NCBI GenBank assembly: GCA_021108395.1
Contig: JAIOQZ010000050.1
Location: 21 to 64,020, forward strand
Direction: 5' to 3'
Source: Candidatus Cloacimonadota bacterium
GTDB lineage: Bacteria; Cloacimonadota; Cloacimonadia; Cloacimonadales; JAIOQZ01
Length of the DNA stretch: 64,000 nt
In this document: piece by piece, positions 55,229 through 64,000 of the stretch
Layout: each line of letters opens with the position of its first letter
Numbering within the stretch: the stretch's first letter is position 1
The notes under the pieces: model-generated
Databases searched by the model: none
The model's input: only the letters and a program-made list of their open reading frames with translations
What the model was told of the DNA's origin: nothing
Translations under genes and position numbers: made by a program

Positions 55229-58200
55229 ATGTCGAAAGCCTTCTCACACGTCTGTTTCGCGTTGTTGCTGGCCGCCTCGCTGTCGGCCACGGCGTCACCT
55301 GCTATCTTCAGCGCCCCGTCAACGGGCGGAACCTATACAGAGCTAACCTTCTCTCTTCCCTCCATGCGCATCGAGAATACCGAGCTGGATGACGTCACTT
55401 ATCAACGTCTGTCCCACCCAATGGCGGGTAGCTCCCGCCGAGTCGGCTACCCCGAACTGCCAACCTTCAGTACAACGCTGGCCGTTCCTGCTGGCGCACA
55501 GGTGAGCATCGAACTGGTGGACAGCCAACAGGAAGCCTGGCAAGACATGCGCGTTTATCCAGCGCAAGCCATGGGCTTCGAGGCCACACAACTGCCGGTG
55601 ATCGAGCAGGCTGTCTATTCGGGCCGCCAGACCTGGCAACCCGAAGCCGTGAGCGTGAGCCAACCGGCCACCCTGCGTGATTTCCACGTCGTCACCTGCA
55701 CGGTAAGCCCCTTCGAGTGGGATCCCGTCAGCGGCGAGATGACCATGCGCACCATGATGCGGGTTCGGATTCATCATCAGGGGCAGGCCACGCCCCCGGC
55801 GCGTATGTCTCGCAGCTTCGTGCCGTTGTATCAATCTTTCATCTCCAACTACGACAGCATTATGCGCGACGTCGAGCCGGAATTCCAGCCGCGCAGTCTC
55901 ATCGTGGTTCACAACAACAACACCGGCCTGCGCCCGCACATCGACCAGTTCATGGACTGGAAGCGCACTAAGGGCTTCGAGGTGAACGAGTACTATGGCG
56001 GCAGCTCCAGCGCCGCCATCCGCGACTACCTTCAGGACGCCTATGCCAACTGGGACAACCCGCCCGAATACATCGTCATCATAGGTGACGTCGGCGGCTC
56101 CTATGGCGTACCAACCTTTTACGAAAGCGCATACGGCGGCGAGGGCGACCACCTCTATGGCTGCCTCGACGGCGACGACCTGCTGCCCGAAGCCTTCGTT
56201 GGCCGCATCTCCATCGATACGCAAACCGAATTCATCACCTATCTGTCAAAAATGAATATCTACGAGCGCGACGTTTACATGGACGACACATCCCTCTATC
56301 ACCACTCGCTGCTCGTGGGCGACACCGCCCCCTCCGGCCTGTCGTGCGTCATCACCAACAAGTACGTCAAGGAACTGATTAGCGACGACGACCCGAACCA
56401 CACCTTCACCGAGCTATACGCCGCCGATCCCAGCGCCAGCCAGATGGACACCGCCATCAACGCCGGCAGCCTGTTCTTCAACTATCGCGGCTGGATTGGC
56501 ATGAGCGGCTGGAGTTGGACCAACATCAGCAATCTTACCAATATCAACAAGCTGACTAACGGAATCATTCTCACCTGCGCCACAGGCTCGTTCGCCGCCA
56601 CCACGGCACGCTCGGAAGCATTTATTCGCGTAGGTACCCCCACAGAGCCCAGAGGCGCCATCTGCGCCATCGGCATGGCCACATCTGGAACGCATACACA
56701 GTATAACAATATCCTTTGTGGCGGCATCTTCGCAGGGTTGTACGCCGATCGAATGAACACGATGGGCGAAGCAACCATGCGCGGCAAACTGGCGCTATAT
56801 CAGGCCTACCAGAACTGCGACCCGACCAACGTACTCAAGTTCACCTACTGGTGCAACCTCATGGGCGACCCCTCGATGCAAATGTGGCGCACCGAGCCGC
56901 TGCCCATGAACGCCACGTTCGATACCACACTCCCGCTGGGGCGTAACTGGATCGAGGTCGCCATCACCGACGACAACGGCCAGCCTCTCGAAGGAGCGTG
57001 GGTCACAGCCCGCATGGGCAACGACGACATCTTCGCCAGCGACTATACCGACGCCGACGGCACGGTCACGCTGCACTTCGACGGCTCCCAGTCAGGCGAT
57101 GTCGATCTCACGGTCACCCGCGCCGATTACCTGCCCATCCTCGATGAATTCACCATCGAGACGGTGGGCGGCCTGGCTTACGAAAGCATGACGCTGAACG
57201 ATATAGTGGGCAACGGCAATGGCCAGCCCAACCCCGGCGAAACCATCGAGATGGACATCGAGCTGCACAACTACGACAGCTCGGTGCACAACGGAGTTAG
57301 CGCGGTGCTCTCCAGCGAGAGCGAACACATCGCTGTCACCACCGACACGCAAAGTTTCGGAGACATCGCCGCCGGAACCACCGGCTCAAGCTCACAGCCG
57401 TTCGTGTTCACCATCGCCGCAGACACCCCCGACCGCTATGACGCCGCCTTTGAACTCGCCGTCACCGACGACGCGGGAGGCTCGTGGAACGAGGTGTTCT
57501 GGCTTAGCGTGCAGGGCAACGACCTCGACATCATCGAGTGGGAAGTGATTGACGGCGGCAACGGCGTACTCGATCCAGGCGAGACGACGCTGTTCGATTT
57601 TACCGTCGAGAACAACGGCATGACCAACCTGTTTGAAGTGTATGGGGAACTATCCAGTATCTCGGGCATGGTTGACATCCAGGACTCGATCGCCTTCTTC
57701 GGCGACATCGCCATCGGGGCCACCGCAGACGCGAGCGCCAACCGGTTCGAGATCACTGCGTTGGCGCAGCTCGTACCTGGAATGACCGTTCCGCTCACTC
57801 TGCGTCTCTATAATGCAGACGGTTACGAAGAAACCGAACACTATGGCCTACCCATCGGCATCACCACGCTCACCGATCCCATCGGCCCTGACAGCTATGG
57901 CTACATGTGCTACGACGACGGCGACACCGGCTACATCGAAGCACCCGTGTACGACTGGGTCGAGATTGACCCAACGCAGGGCGGCAGCGGCATTGATACC
58001 GGCATCAACGACAACGGTGACGAACAGGATGAAAACGCAAACATCGCTCTGCCGTTTACATTCAGTTTCTATGGCCTGGAATATGACAACGTTACCGTCA
58101 ACTCGAACGGCTGGATCACGTTTGGGGATACCGAGAATCTCTGCTTCCGCAACTGGCCTGTCCCCGGCCCGCTGGGTCCCCGCCCGATGATCGCGGCGTT

Positions 58201-60613
58201 CTGGGACAATCTCTACACCACCGGCGGCGGCGTATATACATACTACGACACAGAGCTGCACCTGTTCATCATCGAGTGGTCGAACAACCAGGCGGTGTCG
58301 GGCGGAACCAACACCTTCCAGATCATCCTCTACGACCCGATTTCCTATCCCACCGCCTCGGGTGACGGCCCCATAAAGATTCAGTATCACACCTTCAGTA
58401 ACACCGACGGCAACACTTCTGCCAGCGGCCCACAGGGCAACTACTGCACCGTCGGCCTCGAAGACCACACCGGCGTCGTTGGCCTGCAATACACCTACAA
58501 CGACGAATACCCCGTCGGCGCCAAAGTACTGGATGACGAAACGGCAATCTTTTTCACCGGCATCCCCGTCAGCTACGAGAACGACTACCTCATCATGGGC
58601 GTTCCCGTGCTGCACGACGCCAACGGCAACGGCTGCGTCGAGGCCGGCGAAGTGGTGAACCTGGGCGCCTGGGTGAACAACATCGGCGAGGGCACGGCTA
58701 CAGAGGTGCATGCCACACTGAGCAGCAACGACCCCTGGGTCACCATTTCCGACAGCCTGTCCACATATCTGGACATCGAAGGCGGTTACTGCGGTATCGG
58801 GCTCGACTATATGTGCTTCGAGGCCGACCTCGATGTCCCCGCCGGTCACTCTCTCGCCTTCGTTCTGCACCTCGAGAGCGCCAGTAACCAGTGGGACTAT
58901 CCCTTCGCGATACCGGTGCATAAACCGCAGTTCAACGTGCCCAGCTACTTCCTCAACGACTCGCAGGGCAACAACGACGGCGTGGCCGACCCCGGCGAGA
59001 CAGTGCTGCTGGCTATCAACGTCACCAATACCGGCCTCACCAACGCCTCAGACGTAACCGGCATCCTGAGTTGCGCCAGCCCCCATGTCACCATCGTCGA
59101 GGGAGAACACGTCTATGGCGATATCGCCGACGGCCAGACACTGCAACGCGCCTACACAGTTGACATCAGCGCCTCCGCTCCGACGCAGACAGCCATCCCG
59201 TTCAGCTTTGAAGTATCCGGCCCCAACGCGGAAACCCTCGTGTGGGAGTTCAGTATCGGCATTACGGTGTCGCCCGAGGTGCTCGATGAATTCTTCGCCT
59301 TCTGGCTACCGGACGGCTGGACAATCGACGCCAACTCGCAGAACTGGTCGCAGTCAAACACCAACCATGCGGGCGGCGTCTTCCCAGAAGCCATGCTTCT
59401 CTGGATGCCTCAGTTCTCGGGGGTTTCACATCTCATCTGCCAGCCGCTCAACCTGATGGGCGCGACCAATGTGAGCATCGATTTCAAACACATGATCAAC
59501 CACTTCAGCGGCAACGGCTATGTGCTGGGACTGGACATCCGAGCAGGCGGCGGTGCCTGGGAATCGGTGTGGGAAATCCCCGCCGGCGATCAGTCAGCAG
59601 AATTGATTACCATACCCATCACCTCGCCCCTGCTGAATCAGCCCGACTTCCAGTTCGGCTGGTATCTTTCCGGCGACTCATATGACATCAACTACTGGTA
59701 CATCGACGACATCTTCCTTAACGCCACGTTAGGCAACTCGGCCTCGGTCAGCGGAGAACTGACCATCGTGGGCGGCGAGTCCACGCCGGACAACGCCATC
59801 GTCAGCCTGGGCGGCTATGCCACTCATCCCGACACCGATGGCGCCTACACGCTGTTCGCCTCTCCCGGCGATTATGACCTGCTCCAGGGCGCGGCAACGT
59901 TCTACTCGCCAGACGAGCACACCGACCTTACGCTCTTGTTCGGCGACGAACTCACCGGCCTCGACTTCGAGCTGCACTGGCTGGCGCCTGCCGATACGCT
60001 ATCGATGGACATCGACTTCGACGAATGTGAAGCGCTGCTGACCTGGGAATACACCGAGCCCGCTCCGCTGCGCAAGGTCGGCGACCAACAACGGCGGCTG
60101 CCAGGCGACCGCCAGACCTTCGACCACTTCAACATCTGGCGTCAGCTCGACACCGGCCCATTCATATTGCACCATAACACAATCGATCAATACTGGAGCG
60201 AGCCCATCGATACGCTGCGCAGCTACACCTACTACGTTACCGTGCAGTATGCCGAGGGCGTGAGCGACAGCACGAACCACCAGTGCACCGGCGACTGGGA
60301 ACCACCCCACGACGAAAACGACGACGTGGTGGTGTACGGCGACTGGCTGGGCGCGAACTTCCCCAACCCCTTCAACCCGGTCACCACGATTCGCTTCAGC
60401 ATGTCGTCACCGGGCAAGGTGGAATTGAAGGTGTACAACATTCGCGGCAGGCTCGTGCGCACCCTGACAAGCGAGCGTTATGAAGCGGGCGTGCATGAAA
60501 TCCGCTGGGAAGGCGACAACGACAGCGGCCGCAACGTCGCCTCCGGCGTTTACTTCTACCGCCTGAGCACACCGCATCTCACCGAAGTGCGCAAGGCGTT
60601 GCTGCTGAAATAG
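55229..60613 (+). CDS. Very large peptidase-C25 (gingipain-like) family protein with a C-terminal T9SS-type sorting domain
   Basis: Signal peptide; propeptide-like YPELPTFSTTLAVPAG; C25 core IVIIGDVGG...GEGDHLYGCLDGDDLLPEAFVGRISI...ILTCATGSFAA. C-terminus is NFPNPFNPVTTIRFSM...SGVYFYRL...ALLLK. Confidence 0.85.
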   Translation: MSKAFSHVCFALLLAASLSATASPAIFSAPSTGGTYTELTFSLPSMRIENTELDDVTYQRLSHPMAGSSRRVGYPELPTFSTTLAVPAGAQVSIELVDSQQEAWQDMRVYPAQAMGFEATQLPVIEQAVYSGRQTWQPEAVSVSQPATLRDFHVVTCTVSPFEWDPVSGEMTMRTMMRVRIHHQGQATPPARMSRSFVPLYQSFISNYDSIMRDVEPEFQPRSLIVVHNNNTGLRPHIDQFMDWKRTKGFEVNEYYGGSSSAAIRDYLQDAYANWDNPPEYIVIIGDVGGSYGVPTFYESAYGGEGDHLYGCLDGDDLLPEAFVGRISIDTQTEFITYLSKMNIYERDVYMDDTSLYHHSLLVGDTAPSGLSCVITNKYVKELISDDDPNHTFTELYAADPSASQMDTAINAGSLFFNYRGWIGMSGWSWTNISNLTNINKLTNGIILTCATGSFAATTARSEAFIRVGTPTEPRGAICAIGMATSGTHTQYNNILCGGIFAGLYADRMNTMGEATMRGKLALYQAYQNCDPTNVLKFTYWCNLMGDPSMQMWRTEPLPMNATFDTTLPLGRNWIEVAITDDNGQPLEGAWVTARMGNDDIFASDYTDADGTVTLHFDGSQSGDVDLTVTRADYLPILDEFTIETVGGLAYESMTLNDIVGNGNGQPNPGETIEMDIELHNYDSSVHNGVSAVLSSESEHIAVTTDTQSFGDIAAGTTGSSSQPFVFTIAADTPDRYDAAFELAVTDDAGGSWNEVFWLSVQGNDLDIIEWEVIDGGNGVLDPGETTLFDFTVENNGMTNLFEVYGELSSISGMVDIQDSIAFFGDIAIGATADASANRFEITALAQLVPGMTVPLTLRLYNADGYEETEHYGLPIGITTLTDPIGPDSYGYMCYDDGDTGYIEAPVYDWVEIDPTQGGSGIDTGINDNGDEQDENANIALPFTFSFYGLEYDNVTVNSNGWITFGDTENLCFRNWPVPGPLGPRPMIAAFWDNLYTTGGGVYTYYDTELHLFIIEWSNNQAVSGGTNTFQIILYDPISYPTASGDGPIKIQYHTFSNTDGNTSASGPQGNYCTVGLEDHTGVVGLQYTYNDEYPVGAKVLDDETAIFFTGIPVSYENDYLIMGVPVLHDANGNGCVEAGEVVNLGAWVNNIGEGTATEVHATLSSNDPWVTISDSLSTYLDIEGGYCGIGLDYMCFEADLDVPAGHSLAFVLHLESASNQWDYPFAIPVHKPQFNVPSYFLNDSQGNNDGVADPGETVLLAINVTNTGLTNASDVTGILSCASPHVTIVEGEHVYGDIADGQTLQRAYTVDISASAPTQTAIPFSFEVSGPNAETLVWEFSIGITVSPEVLDEFFAFWLPDGWTIDANSQNWSQSNTNHAGGVFPEAMLLWMPQFSGVSHLICQPLNLMGATNVSIDFKHMINHFSGNGYVLGLDIRAGGGAWESVWEIPAGDQSAELITIPITSPLLNQPDFQFGWYLSGDSYDINYWYIDDIFLNATLGNSASVSGELTIVGGESTPDNAIVSLGGYATHPDTDGAYTLFASPGDYDLLQGAATFYSPDEHTDLTLLFGDELTGLDFELHWLAPADTLSMDIDFDECEALLTWEYTEPAPLRKVGDQQRRLPGDRQTFDHFNIWRQLDTGPFILHHNTIDQYWSEPIDTLRSYTYYVTVQYAEGVSDSTNHQCTGDWEPPHDENDDVVVYGDWLGANFPNPFNPVTTIRFSMSSPGKVELKVYNIRGRLVRTLTSERYEAGVHEIRWEGDNDSGRNVASGVYFYRLSTPHLTEVRKALLLK

Positions 60614-60629
60614 CTTGACATGAATGTTT

Positions 60630-60658
60630 GGCGGGAGTAGGGAGTTCCTGTTCCCGCC
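60630..60658 (+). terminator. Hairpin after the C25 gene, at the boundary to the AT-rich island
   Basis: GGCGGGA gtagggagttcctgt TCCCGCC. Confidence 0.45.
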
Positions 60659-60734
60659 ATCAATCATCCTAAGGGATATTCCTAACGACAGTTAAGCCAC
60701 GTTTTCTAAATCTGTTGTTGAATTTGGTGGAAAA

Positions 60735-62039
60735 ATGAAAAACAGTAAGATAAACAAATTAAAAATGCAGCAGATTAAATATATCATTAAGACTAAAGAA
60801 TATGAAGAAGAGCTAGAGCAATTAAGCAATGACATCCTCACAAATGCCCAGGTAGCCGTTAATGAGGCTGGCATCGAATCAATTTTCGAGCTAGAGTTAT
60901 TCTGTTTTATAAAAGATAGTCTAGGTTTGAAGTATTATCCCGAAAAGGAAAAAGCAGTACATACAGAAAGACATATTGCAAAAGGTCGCATAGACAGCAA
61001 AATCGGAGCTTTAGTAATTGAGTTTAAGCATACATCAAAATTAAATTCACTTAGAGACAAGAAAAAGGCTTCAGCTCAATTAATTAATTATCTCAATGGT
61101 TTGTATACAAAGCATTCAAATGATTATTGGGGTGTTGTTACTGATGGTACTCAGTGTAAATTTATCAATATTGAGTCAGGCGAAATCAATGAAGGAGCAT
61201 TTGATAACTTAAGTGGCAAACATCTTGATAAAATAGTCAGAAGCATTGTTTTACTTGATAAAGTAGCTTTAACTCCCGAAAACTTGGTTAAAGACTTTTG
61301 TGAAGCAAGAGGTAGTTTATCAAAAAGGCTTGTTCTTTGTTTATACTCAACATTAGCAAATGAACCAACCAGCCGATCTTTAATGCTATTTAATGAATGG
61401 AAAGAGCTATTTCGTTTGGCCCATGATGACAAATCAAAGCAAAAAGCAATTGAAGAAAGACGTGAATCATTAGAAAAAATAGTTTCTGATAAACTGAAAA
61501 CTAATGATGAAGAATATTTAGCACTCTATGCATTACAAACCACCTATGCAATCATTGTTAAGATCATAGCATTCAAGGTACTATCTCAAATCAGATTCAA
61601 TAGAAGCTTAATTGATTTTGACAAATTGTCTTTTGCCGACTTTAATACACTAAGGTTACAAATGAATTTACTTGAAGAAGGCGCGATTTTTAGAAGTTTA
61701 GGCATCGGAAATTTACTTGAAGGCGATTTCTTTGCATGGTATAGTACAAATACTCAATGGAATGATGATATTGGTGAGCTCATCCAGGAAATATTCAAGG
61801 TTCTGACAAGCTATGAGGACAAGGCTCTGTTTGAAAATGGTGAGAATGTTTGTGACCTTTTCAAAGATCTGTTCATGAAAATCATACCTGATAAAGTAAG
61901 GCACAGTTTAGGTGAGTACTACACACCTCCCTGGTTAGCGGACAATTTAATTACAGAAAGTATTAACCATTTAGATGTTTACACTAATTGGACAGCTTTG
62001 GACCCTTGTGCTGGCTCTGGAACATTCTTACTATCCTAA
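60735..62039 (+). CDS. Type IIG/IIL-like restriction-modification enzyme, N-terminal fragment (PD-(D/E)xK nuclease, helical spacer, start of the gamma-class N6-adenine methyltransferase), terminated by a frameshift
   Basis: GRIDSKIGALVIEFK (D..ExK) followed by ASAQLINY as in MmeI-type enzymes. GEYYTPPWLADNL (motif X). LDPCAGSGTFLL (motif I) immediately before TAA at 62037. Confidence 0.8.
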   Translation: MKNSKINKLKMQQIKYIIKTKEYEEELEQLSNDILTNAQVAVNEAGIESIFELELFCFIKDSLGLKYYPEKEKAVHTERHIAKGRIDSKIGALVIEFKHTSKLNSLRDKKKASAQLINYLNGLYTKHSNDYWGVVTDGTQCKFINIESGEINEGAFDNLSGKHLDKIVRSIVLLDKVALTPENLVKDFCEARGSLSKRLVLCLYSTLANEPTSRSLMLFNEWKELFRLAHDDKSKQKAIEERRESLEKIVSDKLKTNDEEYLALYALQTTYAIIVKIIAFKVLSQIRFNRSLIDFDKLSFADFNTLRLQMNLLEEGAIFRSLGIGNLLEGDFFAWYSTNTQWNDDIGELIQEIFKVLTSYEDKALFENGENVCDLFKDLFMKIIPDKVRHSLGEYYTPPWLADNLITESINHLDVYTNWTALDPCAGSGTFLLS

Positions 62040-63997
62040 TAAAAAAAGTACTTGAGGAGACAAAAAATCTCTCAAAAAGTGAGCGATTGTTTCAGGTCCT
62101 CGAAAGGGTTAAAGCCATAGACTTGAATCCACTTGCTGTGTTAACAGCACGGATTAACTATTTTATCAATATATCTCCACTAATTGAGGATTCTGAAATT
62201 GAAATTCCTGTTTATCTTGGAGATTCATCATATGTTCCATCCAAGTCGATAATTGATAATATTGAATGTGTAAGCTATAGTATAAAAACTATTAAAGGTG
62301 TAATTGAAATAGATTTGCCAAAAAGTGCTGTTAGGGACACACTAGCTTTTTCACAAACCATGACGAGTATTGAAAATGATATACGTAACTTAGATTCTAT
62401 TTCTATTTCACAAAAGATTCTTAAATTAGTCCCTAGTAGTGAACAGTCAGAGATGATTGTATCCAAGATCCGTACATTGGCAGAACAGTTCGTGGAGCTA
62501 GAACAAAATGATTGGAACGGCATTTGGGCTCGTATAATTACTAACTTTTTGACCACTTCAAATCTTGGCAGATTTGATCTAATTGTTGGGAATCCACCAT
62601 GGATAGATTGGAAGAACCTACCCGCTGGATACAGAGAAAGAATTAAATCAATTTGTATTGAGCGTCATCTTTTCTCAGGCGATAAAGTTACAGGGGGAAT
62701 CAATCTAAATATATGCGCTTTAATCTCTAACGTATCTGCTCACAACTGGCTCAAGAAGAAGGGGGTGTTAGCTTTTCTAATGCCACAATCATTAATCTTT
62801 CAACAAACCTATGAAGGTTTTAGGAATTTCAACCTTGGTAAAAATGACAGATTGTATATTCAGGAGTTGTTTGATTGGACAAAGGCAGGCCACCCATTCA
62901 AGCCAGTACAGCATAAATTTCTAACCTTCTTTTTCTCTCGAAAGAAGATTGATTATTCAAGAGGGCTTCCTGTTAAATTTTTTATTAAGAAAAGAGGAAT
63001 AGATTTATCAAAATACTTGAATGTCAATGATTTTGACAGAGTGCATGACATATTTGATGAACAAGAGGTAATAGTAGGACAAGCAAGTTCAAATAAGACA
63101 CTATTTTCGTATGCTTCAGATGAAACGGAATTAGAAAAGTTTAAAAAAATTTCTGGGTTATCTTCATATAAAGGAAGGGAAGGGATTGAGTTTTATCCAC
63201 AAGAAGTATTTCTGTTAGAAGTTGACAATGCCATTCCATCTTCAGAAGATACTGTTTTTGTAAGAAATTTTCAAAATAGAAAATCAAAATATAAAATTCC
63301 ACAACAGACATACAAACTAGAGAGGCGATACTTACATCCATTAATCAAAGGGATTGACATTGAGAGATTTCATTTGAGAGAAACTTCTTTTGTCGTTCCT
63401 TTTCCTTACTCCTCTTCAAATACTCGCGGCCCAATATCAATCAAAGAACTTAGTAAAACTTCTAAGTTATTAGCTGAATATTTTAACCGATTTAAGAAAG
63501 TAATTCAGCAACAAACAAGCTACAATGAGAAGATTATTGGAAAAAAACACAGTAAAGAATTCTATGCACTGGCTAGAGTGGGTGCATATAGTTTTGCAGA
63601 TCATTATGTTGTCTTTAGGGATAATACTAAATGGCAATCAGCAGTTGTGAGCTTAATGGAAACACCATGGGGTGAAGTAAAAAGACCCCAATTTCAAAAT
63701 CATGCTGTTTCAATATGTCAGGATGACCAAGATAATTTCATTACAAATGATGAGGCTCATTTCATTTGCGCCATTATTAACTCTCGGGTGTCAGAAAAAT
63801 ATATTCTCAATTCATCAGATTCAAGATCATTTAAAATCAGGCCAAATCTATATATACCAAAATATGATGCCTCAATTGAATTACACGTTGCTTTGTCTTA
63901 CTTATCTAAGCAAGCTCATAAGTTGTATGCTAACAAAGCTGAAATGGCAAAGATTGATTTGGCTTTAGATAATTTGGTTGTACGATTAAAATCGTAG
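61988..63997 (+). CDS. Type IIG/IIL-like restriction-modification enzyme, C-terminal fragment (rest of the methyltransferase with NPPW, plus a target-recognition domain); continuation of 60735..62039 in the -1 frame
   Basis: FDLIVGNPPWIDW (NPPW at 62591-62602). TaqI/Eco57I-like C-terminal region ICAIINSRVSEKYILNSS. Meaningful sequence starts at about 62021 (..NILTILIKKVLEE). Confidence 0.8.
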   Translation: MDSFGPLCWLWNILTILIKKVLEETKNLSKSERLFQVLERVKAIDLNPLAVLTARINYFINISPLIEDSEIEIPVYLGDSSYVPSKSIIDNIECVSYSIKTIKGVIEIDLPKSAVRDTLAFSQTMTSIENDIRNLDSISISQKILKLVPSSEQSEMIVSKIRTLAEQFVELEQNDWNGIWARIITNFLTTSNLGRFDLIVGNPPWIDWKNLPAGYRERIKSICIERHLFSGDKVTGGINLNICALISNVSAHNWLKKKGVLAFLMPQSLIFQQTYEGFRNFNLGKNDRLYIQELFDWTKAGHPFKPVQHKFLTFFFSRKKIDYSRGLPVKFFIKKRGIDLSKYLNVNDFDRVHDIFDEQEVIVGQASSNKTLFSYASDETELEKFKKISGLSSYKGREGIEFYPQEVFLLEVDNAIPSSEDTVFVRNFQNRKSKYKIPQQTYKLERRYLHPLIKGIDIERFHLRETSFVVPFPYSSSNTRGPISIKELSKTSKLLAEYFNRFKKVIQQQTSYNEKIIGKKHSKEFYALARVGAYSFADHYVVFRDNTKWQSAVVSLMETPWGEVKRPQFQNHAVSICQDDQDNFITNDEAHFICAIINSRVSEKYILNSSDSRSFKIRPNLYIPKYDASIELHVALSYLSKQAHKLYANKAEMAKIDLALDNLVVRLKS

Positions 63998-64000
63998 AGC

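Noticed and set aside
54385-58921. Minus-strand ORFs 54385..55209, 55343..56224 and 57848..58921
   Set aside because: They are antisense shadows of the LVIVD and C25 genes.

Overview
GC-rich chromosomal segment of a diderm bacterium. kdsB is present, and two proteins end in PNPF...SGVYFYRL-type T9SS sorting domains, which suggests an uncultivated FCB-superphylum-like lineage. I count about 46 protein genes and saw no rRNA, tRNA or CRISPR array by eye.

Layout:
- (i) 1-15102(-): the first 5,034 codons of one giant repeat adhesin that runs off the window.
- (ii) 15.4-38.7 kb: core genes (PAP2 phosphatase, RIO kinase, mscS, kdsB, mnmG, mtaD, truA, C11 peptidase, class-V aminotransferase, SSADH, and an EIIA/PII-like fusion with a CPA2 antiporter). 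These are interrupted by small AT-richer islets: a Zn-ribbon SAM methyltransferase, mscS plus a SET-domain protein, and a putative OMP with T8/G9 tracts.
- (iii) 38.8-47.8 kb: an AT-richer accessory segment with a serine hydrolase, a decayed IS3 element, and a 4-gene signalling cassette (a histidine kinase with an extracytoplasmic sensor region and a PAS-like segment, plus three non-DNA-binding response regulators). The cassette is bracketed by inverted IS3-derived sequence blocks.
- (iv) 47.8-60.6 kb: core genes (rocD, GT2, surE-pcm, AI-2E transporter, an LVIVD lipoprotein and a 1,794-aa C25 gingipain-like T9SS protein).
- (v) 60.7-64.0 kb: a strongly AT-rich island carrying a ~1,087-codon Type IIG-like nuclease-methyltransferase fusion split by one frameshift.

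Best candidates for something new: the IS-bracketed three-regulator cassette (including a REC-Cys/His-tail protein), the EIIA-PII-like/antiporter module, the mini-ORF plus tandem-terminator leader before the RIO kinase, and the giant adhesin.

All functional calls come from motif recognition and hand translation. No searches or computations beyond hand counting were run.
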